Source of the DNA: Octopus bimaculoides
Lineage: Eukaryota
NCBI RefSeq assembly: GCF_001194135.2
Contig: NC_068995.1
Location: 15,178,626 to 15,234,465, forward strand
DNA: 55,840 nt
Direction of reading: 5' to 3'
The notes under the pieces are model-generated. The model was given only the letters and a program-made list of their open reading frames with translations. It was not told the DNA's origin and made no database searches. Each line of letters opens with the position of its first letter. Position 1 is the stretch's first letter. This document shows positions 25,876 to 36,105 of the stretch, piece after piece. The translations under genes were made by a program, and so were the position numbers.

Positions 25876-27030
25876 NNNNNNNNNNNNNNNNNNNNNNNNN
25901 NNNNNNNNNNNNNNNNNNNNNNNNNNNNNNNNNNNNNNNNNNNNNNNNNNNNNNNNNNNNNNNNNNNNNNNNNNNNNNNNNNNNNNNNNNNNNNNNNNNN
26001 NNNNNNNNNNNNNNNNNNNNNNNNNNNGATACAACTCTGTAGTTATGCCATCAATGTTTTATATATATAAGTGTGTGTGTGTGTGTGTGTGTGTACGTAT
26101 ATACGTGTACATACATACATACATACATACATATATTTATACACACACATCGTTTGTAGAAAAGAAAAATCCGGAGAAGCACTCATATATATATATATAT
26201 ATATATATACATACAAACATATATACATACATATACACACACATACATATATACATGCACACACACATATATAAGTAGTTAAGCCTATGTCTGGTCATAG
26301 AGTGACCAATGGTTTCGCATCCACAAAGGGCTTAGCCCTGTGACCGTCGCGTCAGACTCTAAAATTGAAAACAAAATGTATATTTGTATGTGTGTGTGTG
26401 TGTATGCTTATCATCCATCTGTGTGTATGCGCGTGTATATATATATGCGTACATATACACACACAGTCAATCATGTGTGTGTAATAAGCAGAGCAAGAGC
26501 ACACACGAAGACGGAGAGTATCACTGAGGAGGTCACAGATGTGTGACCAAAATTTCCGGACAGTGGACATAAGTTAGAATAAGAACAGTAATAAACGAGT
26601 GAAAAAAGAATATAGAGAGCGTGTGTTTATTTGGGAAATAAAATGACCGTCCCGGAATACAATACACACACACACACATGTAACTCCCAATAAATTTGTT
26701 GAGTGCCCTTTCATTTGTCCACCCACTCCTATATGTGTGTGCACATAAGAGTGAGAAACCCGGAATAGCGTCTGCTACATGGATGTAAGATATATATCGA
26801 ATAGTGTCCTCTCGCTCGTACACTCGAACGCACGTATACATGTATACATACATATACACCCATGAAAAAAAAAAAAAAAGAAATCGTATAAATCTCACCT
26901 TGACATCGTACTTCTTGCGTGCTTGCATTACTTTATATCCCATCCATTGTATAAGAAATATGGATGCAACAGCAACAAGCACTACATAACCGTAGGCCGG
27001 AGGAAGGAGATCGAAAACTTGCGTGTACAT
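4476..27030 (-). CDS. MGST3: Microsomal glutathione S-transferase 3 (MAPEG family), 5 coding exons, 141 aa
   Basis: Spliced CDS 132+65+58+73+98=426 nt with GT-AG introns in phases 0,2,0,1. Protein: [141 protein letters not shown]. Carries the MGST3 motifs ARKKY, FNCIQRxHQNTLExYP and GYYTGxPxKR. Confidence 0.95.
6198..6270 (-). CDS. MGST3: MGST3 coding exon 4 ([24 protein letters not shown])
   Basis: Acceptor ttttgtAG, donor G|GTAAGA; 73 nt, phase 0 to 1. Confidence 0.95.
7253..7500 (-). mobile_element. Family D element, resembling an RTE-clade LINE 3' end with a (GAT)n tail (representative)
   Basis: Recurrent catcatcgtttaacgtccgctttccatgctagcatgggttggac...gatgcccttcctaacgccaacc. Others at about 5185-5345, 6790-7000, 7740-7940, 8760-8990, 10771-10924, 13605-13800, 23400-23640, 37580-38125, 47080-47135 and 55300-55550. 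RTE origin is inferred. Confidence 0.7.
8231..8476. mobile_element. Tc1/mariner MITE (246 bp) in MGST3 intron 3
   Basis: TA TSD; TIR CAGGGTGTCCATAAATTA / taatttatgaacaccctg. Confidence 0.75.
8526..8583 (-). CDS. MGST3: MGST3 coding exon 3 ([19 protein letters not shown])
   Basis: Acceptor attccAG, donor CCT|GTAAG; 58 nt, phase 2 to 0. Confidence 0.95.
9317..9730 (+). mobile_element. Two tandem tRNA-derived SINEs, family E (partial copy plus near-full copy)
   Basis: Heads GGAGGCxCATGGCCTAxTGGTTAGAGCAG...GGTTCGAATCTCAG at 9317 and 9449; a reverse-strand part also lies at about 28656-28759. Confidence 0.75.
11578..11925 (+). mobile_element. tRNA-derived SINE, family B (internal TA/TG microsatellite; representative)
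   Basis: Head TGGCTGTGTGGTAAGAAG...GGTTCAGTCCCACTG...CCTTGGGCAAGTGTCTTCT; tail CCAGCATGGCC.CAGTC. Others at about 1117-1270, 12440-12900, 30745-31020, 35490-35650, 41365-41730, 41865-42060, 43530-43940, 45190-45420, 46545-46970, 48432-48812 and 55010-55200. Confidence 0.8.
12984..13048 (-). CDS. MGST3: MGST3 coding exon 2 ([21 protein letters not shown])
   Basis: Acceptor ttttccacAG, donor AC|GTAATT; 65 nt, phase 0 to 2. Confidence 0.95.
13155..13320 (+). mobile_element. Mariner relic
   Basis: Starts TACGAGGAGGTGCTAAAAAGTT (mariner-like TIR); contains the decayed C-terminus LGKLED.CNKCVNL. Confidence 0.5.
13483..13960. mobile_element. hAT MITE, reverse copy of the 45.7 kb family, interrupted by a family-D element
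   Basis: 8-bp TSD gaataaag at 13475-13482 and 13961-13968; right TIR GGTTGAGAAACCCTG; interior similar to the reverse complement of 45701-45955. Confidence 0.6.
14380..14800. repeat. Compound (GAT)n/(GGT)n trinucleotide tract
   Basis: Read directly; includes an internally duplicated block, ggtagagatgatgaatttaatga. Confidence 0.9.
15850..16640 (+). mobile_element. 5'-truncated R4/Dong-type non-LTR retrotransposon (CCHC knuckle plus restriction-like endonuclease), decayed
   Basis: Translation [14 protein letters not shown]...[18 protein letters not shown] (C-X2-C-X8-H-X4-C)...ILWDF...RKPDIV...IIDIACP...IIVGALG...LQKTALLG. One in-frame stop (16254), a frameshift near 16350, and a (TAA)n tail. 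Confidence 0.85.
24400..24526. mobile_element. Tc1/mariner MITE (127 bp)
   Basis: TA TSD; perfect 29-bp TIR CAGGGTGTCCACAAAGTCTGGGTACATGG. Confidence 0.85.
25432..25552. repeat. 20-bp minisatellite (ATGTGATGTTTATAGCTGAG), about 6 copies
   Basis: Read directly from the sequence. Confidence 0.9.
26899..27030 (-). CDS. MGST3: MGST3 coding exon 1 (44 codons, TM1)
   Basis: ATG at 27030-27028 in context gcaaaATG; donor AAG|GTGAG at 26899/26898. Confidence 0.92.
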
Positions 27031-27067
27031 TTTGCTACGTTCAGATTCTAATGAGTGAGGGAGCACT

Positions 27068-27073
27068 GACTGA
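27068..27073 (-). promoter_or_regulatory. Candidate initiator (TCAGTC) for MGST3
   Basis: Matches the invertebrate-type Inr TCAGTY about 40 nt upstream of the ATG, inside the CpG-retaining domain. Short motif with no transcript evidence. Confidence 0.25.
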
Positions 27074-27581
27074 TTGCTGCTTTAAGTTTTTGAAGCTTAC
27101 GGTGGTTGAGGACGTTGGCTGTTACCTCCCTTGTAATCATCATCAGTCAAATCGGCTTTGCTGCTACTGCTGCTGCTTATCTAAGGGAGTTTCAAAGGTT
27201 TCTCTCATCTTTTGCGTTGTTTAAATCATTGGTATTGCGGCCATGCTGGGGTACCAACTTGAAGGCCTTAAGTCGAACGAATCGACCCAAGTATTTAGTT
27301 TTCTAATGCCTGTTACGTATTTGGTAAGACTTCCTTTTGTACCCACCAAAAAACACCCCTTTTTTTAATTTATTTATTTATTATTATTTTTCCTACACAA
27401 ACCACCATTTTCGGCTACGGAGAATACGAATTTGCAAAAAAATTGGCAAAAAATCAGTATTTTGAAATTACCCCCTCCCCTAATTTCTTCATTTTAAACT
27501 TTTTTCAGAATTTTTTTTTCAAAATCTGCGGGAAAATACGGAAATTATGATTCTAAAAAAAAATTTCAAAAATTTTTCTAC

Positions 27582-27640
27582 TTAGGGTTATGGTTTTAGG
27601 GTTTGGATTAGGGTGTTAGGGTTAGGGTTTTAAGGTTACG
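27582..27640 (+). repeat. Degenerate interstitial TTAGGG tract
   Basis: Five exact TTAGGG at 27582, 27596, 27608, 27616 and 27622. Confidence 0.8.
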
Positions 27641-29435
27641 GAAAAAAGTGAAAAATGAAGAAACTGGTGGGNNNNNNNNNNNNNNNNNNNNNNNNNNNNN
27701 NNNNNNNNNNNNNNNNNNNNNNNNNNNNNNNNNNNNNNNNNNNNNNNNNNNNNNNNNNNNNNNNNNNNNNNNNNNNNNNNNNNNNNNNNNNNNNNNNNNN
27801 NNNNNNNNNNNNNNNNNNNNNNNNNNNNNNNNNNNNNNNNNNNNNNNNNNNNNNNNNNNNNNNNNNNNNNNNNNNNNNNNNNNNNNNNNNNNNNNNNNNN
27901 NNNNNNNNNNNNNNNNNNNNNNNNNNNNNNNNNNNNNNNNNNNNNNNNNNNNNNNNNNNNNNNNNNNNNNNNNNNNNNNNNNNNNNNNNNNNNNNNNNNN
28001 NNNNNNNNNNNNNNNNNNNNNNNNNNNNNNNNNNNNNNNNNNNNNNNNNNNNNNNNNNNNNNNNNNNNNNNNNNNNNNNNNNNNNNNNNNNNNNNNNNNN
28101 NNNNNNNNNNNNNNNNNNNNNNNNNNNNNNNNNNNNNNNNNNNNNNNNNNNNNNNNNNNNNNNNNNNNNNNNNNNNNNNNNNNNNNNNCCCCCCCCCCAC
28201 ACACACACACAAATCCCTAGAAATATATACTACTGAACTAAAGCATCCTCAACACTGTGGTGCCTCAGCATGACCGTAACCGCATGGCTGAAACGAGTGA
28301 GAGAGAGAGAGAGAGCGTCTGTGTGTGTGTGTGTGTATAAAACAGGTGAGGATCGAAATCCTTCAAATGGGTGTCAAACATCCAAGTCCGCCAGTACAGT
28401 CCAAGTAAAGAATATATAAAAATATATATATTCAGTATTCACAAAAACAGTAAATGAAGTATTTTGTTGCTGGCACTCCATCGGTTACGACGTCGAGGGT
28501 TCCAGTTGATCCGATCAACGGAACAGCCTGCTCGTGAAATTAACGTGCAAGTGGCTGAGCACTCCACAGACACGTGCACTCTTAACGTAGTTCTCGGGGA
28601 TATTCAGCGTAACACAGTGTGACAAGGCTGACACTTTTGAAATACAGGCACAACAGAAACAGGAAGAAAGAGTGAGAGAAAGTTGTGGTGAAAGAGTACA
28701 GCAGGGTTCGCCACCATCCCCTGCCGGAGCCTCGTGGAGCTTTAGGTGTTTTCGCTCAANNNNNNNNNNNNNNNNNNNNNNNNNNNNNNNNNNNNNNNNN
28801 NNNNNNNNNNNNNNNNNNNNNNNNNNNNNNNNNNNNNNNNNNNNNNNNNNNNNNNNNNNNNNNNNNNNNNNNNNNNNNNNNNNNNNNNNNNNNNNNNNNN
28901 NNNNNNNNNNNNNNNNNNNNNNNNNNNNNNNNNNNNNNNNNNNNNNNNNNNNNNNNNNNNNNNNNNNNNNNNNNNNNNNNNNNNNNNNNNNNNNNNNNNN
29001 NNNNNNNNNNNNNNNNNNNNNNNNNNNNNNNNNNNNNNNNNNNNNNNNNNNNNNNNNNNNNNNNNNNNNNNNNNNNNNNNNNNNNNNNNNNNNNNNNNNN
29101 NNNNNNNNNNNNNNNNNNNNNNNNNNNNNNNNNNNNNNNNNNNNNNNNNNNNNNNNNNNNNNNNNNNNNNNNNNNNNNNNNNNNNNNNNNNNNNNNNNNN
29201 NNNNNNNNNNNNNNTTTTTACCAGTTGAGTGGACTGGAGCAGTGTGAAATAAAGTGTCTTGCTCAAGGACACAACGCGTCGCCGGGAATCGAACTTACGA
29301 CCTTACGATCGTGAGCCGAATGCCCTAACCACTAAGCCACGCGCCTTCACACAAATTAGATCCCTCATCAGAAATTACATACTGGTATGAATGATTACGA
29401 CCAACAAAAATATGCAAAGGCCTTTCGTAGCCCAA

Positions 29436-30334
29436 ACCCCATGTGATATCAAGTGGAAAATAATAGAACATCCAGGCCCATATATTAATTCCTCTCTCCC
29501 TCTATTATATACACGTGCATTCGAACGTAGCAGGGAACAGCTGATATTTGGCTGTTATCTGGGTCCCGTTGTGTTCACTACACAGTTAAATTTTGGTCAT
29601 AGAGTTACCAAAGGTTTCGAAAGCCACAGCAGATTAACCAGGTCTCGCCCCAGTACCACCGATACAAATGATGAAGAAACCATTATCGAAACCGATAGAG
29701 TGACCAGTCCTGCACCATATGTTACCGCCAGTACAATCGCCACACATAGAGATGATGACCAGTCTAGGACCAGCGACACAGAGGGGGTACCTGGCGTCCT
29801 CAGCAGCAGCACTACCACCACAGACGATGACTTAACAATTATCATCGACACCTATGTGATGACTGGCCCTGCACCATATGTTACCACCAGCCGCAGCCAC
29901 ACTACCGCCGGCAGCTACATAGCCGAACATGTGACCAGAAACAATAACCACGGCGATAACACCGCTTCATTGCGCCATATGGACAGCGTCAGCAAAGCAA
30001 CAACATTCCCAGGCCCGGAGCCTACTTGTAGTGCGAATATAGCTACATCCCAAGTTTGTAAATATATCGGATTAGCCAGTATATTTTTCAAATGTCACTT
30101 CCACAACCACCAGTCATCTTTTAGAGACCCAGAAAGACGTTTTGTCACGTCCCTGGCCAGTCATGTGTGGCACCTCAAAGATTAGACGACCCCATGTGAT
30201 ATCAGGTGAAAAATAATAGAACATCCAGGCCCATATATTAATTCCTCTCTCCCTCTATTATATACACGTGCATTCGAACGTAGCAGGGAACAGCTAATAT
30301 TTGGCTGCTATCTGGGTCCCGTTGTGTCCACTAC
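29436..30334 (+). mobile_element. Decayed Penelope-like element: GIY-YIG endonuclease fragment (about 30024-30236) with a 146-bp direct duplication (29436-29581 / 30189-30334)
   Basis: KYIGLASIFFKCHFHNHQSSFRDPERRFVTSLASHVWHLKD*TTPCDI(R/K)(*/W)KIIEHPGPY resembles the PLE GIY-YIG pattern YIG..F K.R..NH.SSF...T.LS.H.W.LKD...I.W.I....PY. The two repeat copies differ at 5 of 146 positions. Confidence 0.65.
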
Positions 30335-31619
30335 TCTGATTGGTTGATATTGGCACAATTTGTCTCTTACTCTGTCGCGCCAATTTCCCGTGTATAACCA
30401 GTTGGAGTCCCTAAATACAATCACGTTGGATAGCCTGTTCTCTACTCTGATTTGAGCCTATCGACCCCAAAAAGATGAAAGGCAACGTCGACTTCAGCAG
30501 AATTCGAATTCAGAACGTAAAGACGGACAAGATGTCGCTAAGCATTTTACTCGGCGTGCTAACAATTCTGTCAACTCTCTGCCCTAAATCACAGTTGTAA
30601 ATACTAAAATCATTCCAGCCATTCTGTCTTAGTTTTTGCAAGCCCAATGTGACAAGGGTCACATTATTTTCAACCCCAGTGCATTTAGGACAACATAATT
30701 TTCAAGCCTAGTGTACGAGGGTTACATAATTTTCGTGTACGTAGCTGTGTGGTGAGAAGCTTGCTTCCAAACTACATGGTTCCGGGTTCAGTCCCATTGC
30801 GTGGCACCTTGGGCAAGAGTCTTTTACTATAGCCTCTGGCCGACCGAAGCCTTGTGAGTGGATCTGGCAGACGGAAACTGAAAGAAGCTTGTCGTGTGTG
30901 TGTGTGTCTTTATGTCTGCTTGTCCTTCCTATCATCGCTTGACAAAGATGGGGCTTACAAATAGTAAGTCCTGGAGGTCGAATTGTTCGACAAAAGCACT
31001 TCAAGGCGGTAAGTAAAAGAGTGTATCTAGTACCACACTACTTTCAAACCCAGGGTATCTAGAACTGCATTATTTTAAAATCCGGTTTTATTTAGGACAA
31101 CATAACTTTAAAACCTTGTCTCTAGAACCACATTATTTTCAGACCAAATGTGTCTAGAAACTCAGTTTTGGCTGCTATTTTTAGCAGATTTATCGACTCA
31201 GAAGTTCGTTTGAAATAACACTTTCGTGGCATTTGTGTTTGCGCGTGTGTGTGTCCCAAATTGTTATTGTGCTGCTGTGAAAAACAACGAGCAAAAACAT
31301 ATAGAAATATTTAGTAATAAATTTTTTTTAAATAACATAAAATAATTAGACTTGGCAGGTTTTAATAACGACCTCTAGAGACCTCCAGTACACGTGTCCT
31401 CCGTGGGGGCGGGTAGTTTGAAGTAAAGTCGGTCATTGGTGATAACATTCAACCTTTGGAGTGTGTGACCAACAAATTTAAAAGCTATTGCTACTACTAC
31501 TGTCGCTATTACTATAATTACTGTTATCATACAAAGAAACTGAATTATAAAACTTTTTTCATCTAGTTTGCAAAATTCTTTATGTGAAATCGTGTGGTGA
31601 AGCAAATTGTCATGCCTAG

Positions 31620-31780
31620 GGGGTGAGTCATATTGCCTTAATGCCTTATTATCTAACACAGTCCATTGACAAGGTTGCAAGAGGCAACGAAAATTTTTGA
31701 AGTAAAAACAAATCATATAATGAGTGGAAATCAAACCGGTGTGTTAGATGATAAAACATTAAGACAATATGACTCTCCCC
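31620..31780. mobile_element. Small MITE-like element with 40-bp inverted termini
   Basis: GGGGTGAGTCATATTGCCTTAATGCCTTATTATCTAACAC versus the reverse complement of 31741-31780 (about 5 mismatches); no clear TSD. Confidence 0.55.
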
Positions 31781-31910
31781 AGATACAACACAACGTTGTA
31801 ATTAAATAAAAAGTTCAGAGTTGCCTCCCTTGCTTGCTGGGTCAACTATTAGCAAAACCATTTGAAATAATCAAATCCTATTTATTATTATTACTATTTC
31901 TTAACTATGT

Positions 31911-32124
31911 TAAGGCGGTGAGCAGGCAGAATCGTTACCGCGCTGGGCAAAATGCTTTGCGGCATTTCGTCCAACTTCACGTTCTGAGTGCAAATTCCGT
32001 CGAGGCCGATTTGGCCTTTTATCCTTTCGGGGTCGATAAAATAAGTACCAGTTGAATATTGGGGTCGATATTACCGATCTACCCCTCCCCTAAAATCGTT
32101 GCCCCTGTGTCGAAATTTGAAACC
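31911..32124 (+). mobile_element. tRNA-derived SINE, family A (representative, with 18-bp TSD)
   Basis: Head GGTGAGCxGGCAGAA, B-box-like TTCTGAGTxCAAATTCC; TSD actatttcttaactatgt. Other copies at about 3053-3190, 3513-3712, 4056-4272, 5350-5530, 9825-10020, 11060-11250, 16657-16871, 19083-19290, 22720-22900, 30450-30590, 43293-43523, 49065-49285, 51350-51585, 51596-51810, 51813-52022 and 52593-52790. Confidence 0.85.
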
Positions 32125-32958
32125 ACTATTTCTTAACTATGTGATCAATGCCCCTTTATGTTTAAATTATCAATCAATCTCATTCTTTGGCGCTATTTGC
32201 TGTTTTTTTTTTAGTCGGGGACTAAACCAGCTCTCCTACTTGAGCAGCTTGTTACTCTTGGACACCCTCAAAACTGATGCACAAGCGCTCGATACTTGGC
32301 GATGACGACTGCTTTGTGTATTAGCGCATGGGGAACTGATCCACGTGTATTTGTCAGACCAAGTCAGATAATCAGAAGGGCTTTTTTTTCTATCTGGTAT
32401 TCCTGATTAAACTCAAAATTATTTGAGCAAACTCAAGGCGTCCTGACATCTAGGGACATCATCTTTCTAAATAAATATGTTCATGAGTTCGTTCGGTGTT
32501 AGGAGCCTCAACACCCTTTTTATCAGCACTTCATAAAAAAGCCTTATCCACTACATTGAAGACAGATACCAGATGAAACTATCAAATGACAATACCCTTT
32601 CTCCTTTGCGCACCTGGAGTTCTTCCTTCAGGTACCAGGCCTGTATGACATATCCTTCTTTCTACACCGCTCGCTTTCTTTATATTATATTTTTTTCTTC
32701 CCGTAACTCTCCTTTACCAGGCATCGATTTTCATTCAACGATTCGTTACTGTTCACCAAATCTAACACACTATATTTCAGGTGTAGTCCAGGTAGACGTG
32801 CTTAATTTTTTATATATATTGATCCTTCCAAGTTGTTCTGTAATAGAGATCCTTATCTACTAATGCCCAAAGATGGACTCCGTTTGCTCCGGGTTAAACA
32901 CCAAAGGTTGGTTGGAAAGACAACTGCGCATTTCTCTCCATGGAATTGCTTCCCTTAA

Positions 32959-33013
32959 AAGATGGCGGTTTATTTCCATTGTAAACAATCAACAATTTGT
33001 TGTTGAGGTAAAT
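32959..33013 (+). promoter_or_regulatory. Candidate STOML1 TSS-proximal exon: YY1-type motif AAGATGGCGG and splice donor GAG|GTAAAT
   Basis: Motif at 32959-32968; donor GT at 33008-33009; lies in the CpG-retaining domain and would pair with the orphan acceptor at 36290. Confidence 0.4.
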
Positions 33014-35885
33014 ATAAAGATTTTACATTCGCAAATAATCGTTTCCCTTCGAAATCTCTTCCGAATACTTCTGTTGTTATTTAGATAGCATTTCTTTTTT
33101 TAGTTGGTCGTTAAATTTTATGCATCTGCTTAATGTTTCGGTGAACTTTTGTGTCTTGAAATTACCGATAAAAAGTGTTTTTATTAAAACACATTATAAT
33201 GATTTCAAGGGAAAAAAGTAACAAAAGATTTAAAGGAACATTGTAAATCAAATTACTAAAAATTCTGATTTTCATTTTATGTTAACGGGGTATTTTTTTT
33301 AATGCAGAATGAAAATAACGAACCCTGGGTAGCTGTTGCTTCCCGAGCCTTTAAAAACATGTCTTCAGCCCCACCTTTGCAATCACCTGCGGTAATACCG
33401 TGTTTCCGGGTGTTCCAAACATTTTTTGGAGAGGATTACCAGTTTCTCCTGACATGATTTTCTTTTATTGAAGAAGTGTACAAGCCTCTATTTTGATTAT
33501 TTATCGATTTCCGTTTTTCTTCCCTCTCGTTTTTTTACTCTCCATTTTCATTCCTTTACAAATACGTTCTTTTTTATTAGATTATTGCGAGTAAAATTAC
33601 ATCTAAATTTTCCGTAATTATAAAAGATAAGTGGTAGGACAGGAAAATAACAGATAACACTAACAATAAACATCAGATAGCATCGTAAAGCCATTATTTT
33701 TGACTAATTAAACTATCAGCACATACTGTACAAGACAAGTCACATCGATTTAGTTTCATTGTTGAATACATTTGTTCTTTAAATACAATATCAGGGACAA
33801 TTTCGCAAGTATACAACAAAAGACCTTTGAAACTTAACGATATATACTTCTCTAAAATAATTAAAGGTGTGGCAGTGTTATTAGTGTGTCTGTCAGAATG
33901 CTCAAAATGCTTTGCAATATTTAGTTTATAGTTCTTGATGTTCCGTGTTCAAATGAAACTGAGGTTTACTTCGTTCCTCATTCTTCCAGTGACAATCAAA
34001 TAAAGTGCTAAGTTTTGGGGTTGATTTAATTGTCTCTAACCGACTCTCTCCATATTTCCGACCTTTGGTGTATGTTTAATTATTATAATGTATTATCGTT
34101 ACCATCATCATTCTTTTAACATCCACTTTTCTGTGTATGCATGGATCAGGCGGAGTTTATCGAGGCAGATTTTCTGCCCTTCCTGTCACCAACCATTGAG
34201 TGTTTTGATATTTCCTCTTGACTAAGTATGTTTTCAAAGAATGTTGGATATATATAACACTGTGAAACTCATTTACAACTATCACACTATATCAAGACAA
34301 GGAGAAAGAAACAAAAGCATACACATTCATATATACATATAATACGCTGGACAGCTCCCCGACTGGTCAGCTCCTGTCAAACTATCCAACCCATTCAGAA
34401 TGGAGTGGATGGAACAAGAACACACGCGGATACGAAAAGTGTTGCTGAAGGTGTGAAGAAAGATTTCCGGACAATGGACACAAAATAAATAAGAACAGTA
34501 ATAAACGAGTGAATAAAAAATATATATAGTGCGTGTGTTTATTTGGCAAAAATAATTAAATAAATAAAGTGACCATCCCGAAATACAACAAAACGAATTC
34601 TATTATTTGTTTCGGTCAATTTGACTACGGCCATGCTGGAGCACTGCATTTAGTCGAACAAATCGATTCCAAGACTTATTCTTTGTAAGCCTAGTACTTA
34701 TTCTGGATCTTGTTCAAAACGGGGGCACCAGTTTTCATTTATGTTTTATGTAGTGTTTTTGGTACCGAAAGACTTTCAAACTTCGTATACTTATCTATTT
34801 TGTGTTATAGAACAGAAAATAATTTTTGTATTCGAATTTATTTCATGTATACAGCTGAATGGACGTCAGTGATTGGTTGAAATTACAGAAATACGACAAC
34901 TTTAACATGAAATAACTTGCGATGTACGTTTTTTTGTTAAGAAAACTAAGAGAAAAAGATGTTTTATATGACACATTCTACCAGTGTCCTAAGTTTCAAA
35001 GTGTTTCGTTAAGAAAATNNNNNNNNNNNNNNNNNNNNNNNNNNNNNNNNNNNNNNNNNNNNNNNNNNNNNNNNNNNNNNNNNNNNNNNNNNNNNNNNNN
35101 NNNNNNNNNNNNNNNNNNNNNNNNNNNNNNNNNNNNNNNNNNNNNNNNNNNNNNNNNNNNNNNNNNNNNNNNNNNNNNNNNNNNNNNNNNNNNNNNNNNN
35201 NNNNNNNNNNNNNNNNNNNNNNNNNNNNNNNNNNNNNNNNNNNNNNNNNNNNNNNNNNNNNNNNNNNNNNNNNNNNNNNNNNNNNNNNNNNNNNNNNNNN
35301 NNNNNNNNNNNNNNNNNNNNNNNNNNNNNNNNNNNNNNNNNNNNNNNNNNNNNNTATATATATATATATATATATATATATCTGTAGTTGACTTCATTTA
35401 GGGATAGAGTAGGTTCGAACCAGAATCTGTAAAATTTCATTTAACAGTTCAACAGCACTTTTCCCACAGAGAAACAATATGCATACATATATATGATAGG
35501 CTTCTTTCAGTTTCTGTCTATGAAATCTACTTACAAGGCTATAAATGGCCCATGGTTATAGAAGACATTTAACCAAGGTACCATACAATGGCACTGAACC
35601 TGAAACTATGTGTTTTGGAAGCAAACTTCTTATCCACACAACTACACCTGCACCATTCATTATACAATAAAAATAATACAATTATATAATGTATTCAATG
35701 AAGTCTTCTGAGATAAGTTTATTGTTTAACCAATGATAGAGATATTTTCAATTCACTGTCATTGGAATTTTGTAATGTTTTTTTATAATTATTTATATAT
35801 AACAAAATGTCTTATGTTTAATTCTTTAACATTCATATTATTCTGTCAAGTGGAATGTTTATTTATTCACACTGCATTGAATTAA

Positions 35886-36105
35886 CCCTTTCGTTACCGT
35901 ATTTATTTTGAGACGCTCTGTGTTTCTTTCAATTACCTTAAATATAACAAAGAATTTAGTAAAATAACTTTGTCATCATTCAGCTAGTGTTAGGAACATT
36001 AATTGTGACTAAGGTTTGGTGGAAGATTTTAATTCAAAACTTATGAAAGCAAGACATTTGTACTCAGAGCCAGAACTGGTTTCAGCTGGGTTGGTAACAA
36101 AAGTG
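35886..36105. mobile_element. piggyBac-type MITE (220 bp), same family as 40073-40287
   Basis: TTAA on both sides; internal sequence nearly identical to the 40 kb copy. Older decayed relatives at about 610-760, 6430-6560 and 50590-50790. Confidence 0.82.

Larger units (their letters stand above)
24600..35000. other. CpG-retaining (putatively unmethylated) domain covering both promoters
   Basis: Hand counts per 600 nt: 19 CpG (24601-25200) and 18 (33001-33600), versus 1 (20401-21000) and 1 (36601-37200). Confidence 0.8.

Noticed and set aside
26533-27066. 177-aa ORF as a single-exon gene
   Set aside because: It starts at GTG; only 26899-27030 is MGST3 exon 1, and the rest is intron read-through.
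27582-27640. True telomere or chromosome end
   Set aside because: The tract is short, degenerate and internal, with genes on both sides.
27608-29314. Long ORFs made of X residues (also at 34.9-35.4, 41.7 and 44.9 kb)
   Set aside because: They are artefacts of N gaps, which contain no stop codons.
29350-29375. Hammerhead ribozyme beside the Penelope-like unit (CTGATGAGGGAT on the minus strand)
   Set aside because: No closing stem II or GAAA core follows, and the sequence runs into a SINE. At most a truncated remnant.
29391-30185. 264-aa ORF as a host mucin-like gene
   Set aside because: No signal peptide or splice structure; both ends are GIY-YIG-like TE sequence. It is treated as a TE derivative instead.
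31620-31635. Antioxidant response element for MGST3 (TGAGTCA)
   Set aside because: It lacks the terminal GC of the ARE consensus, lies in a MITE terminus, and is 4.6 kb from the ATG.
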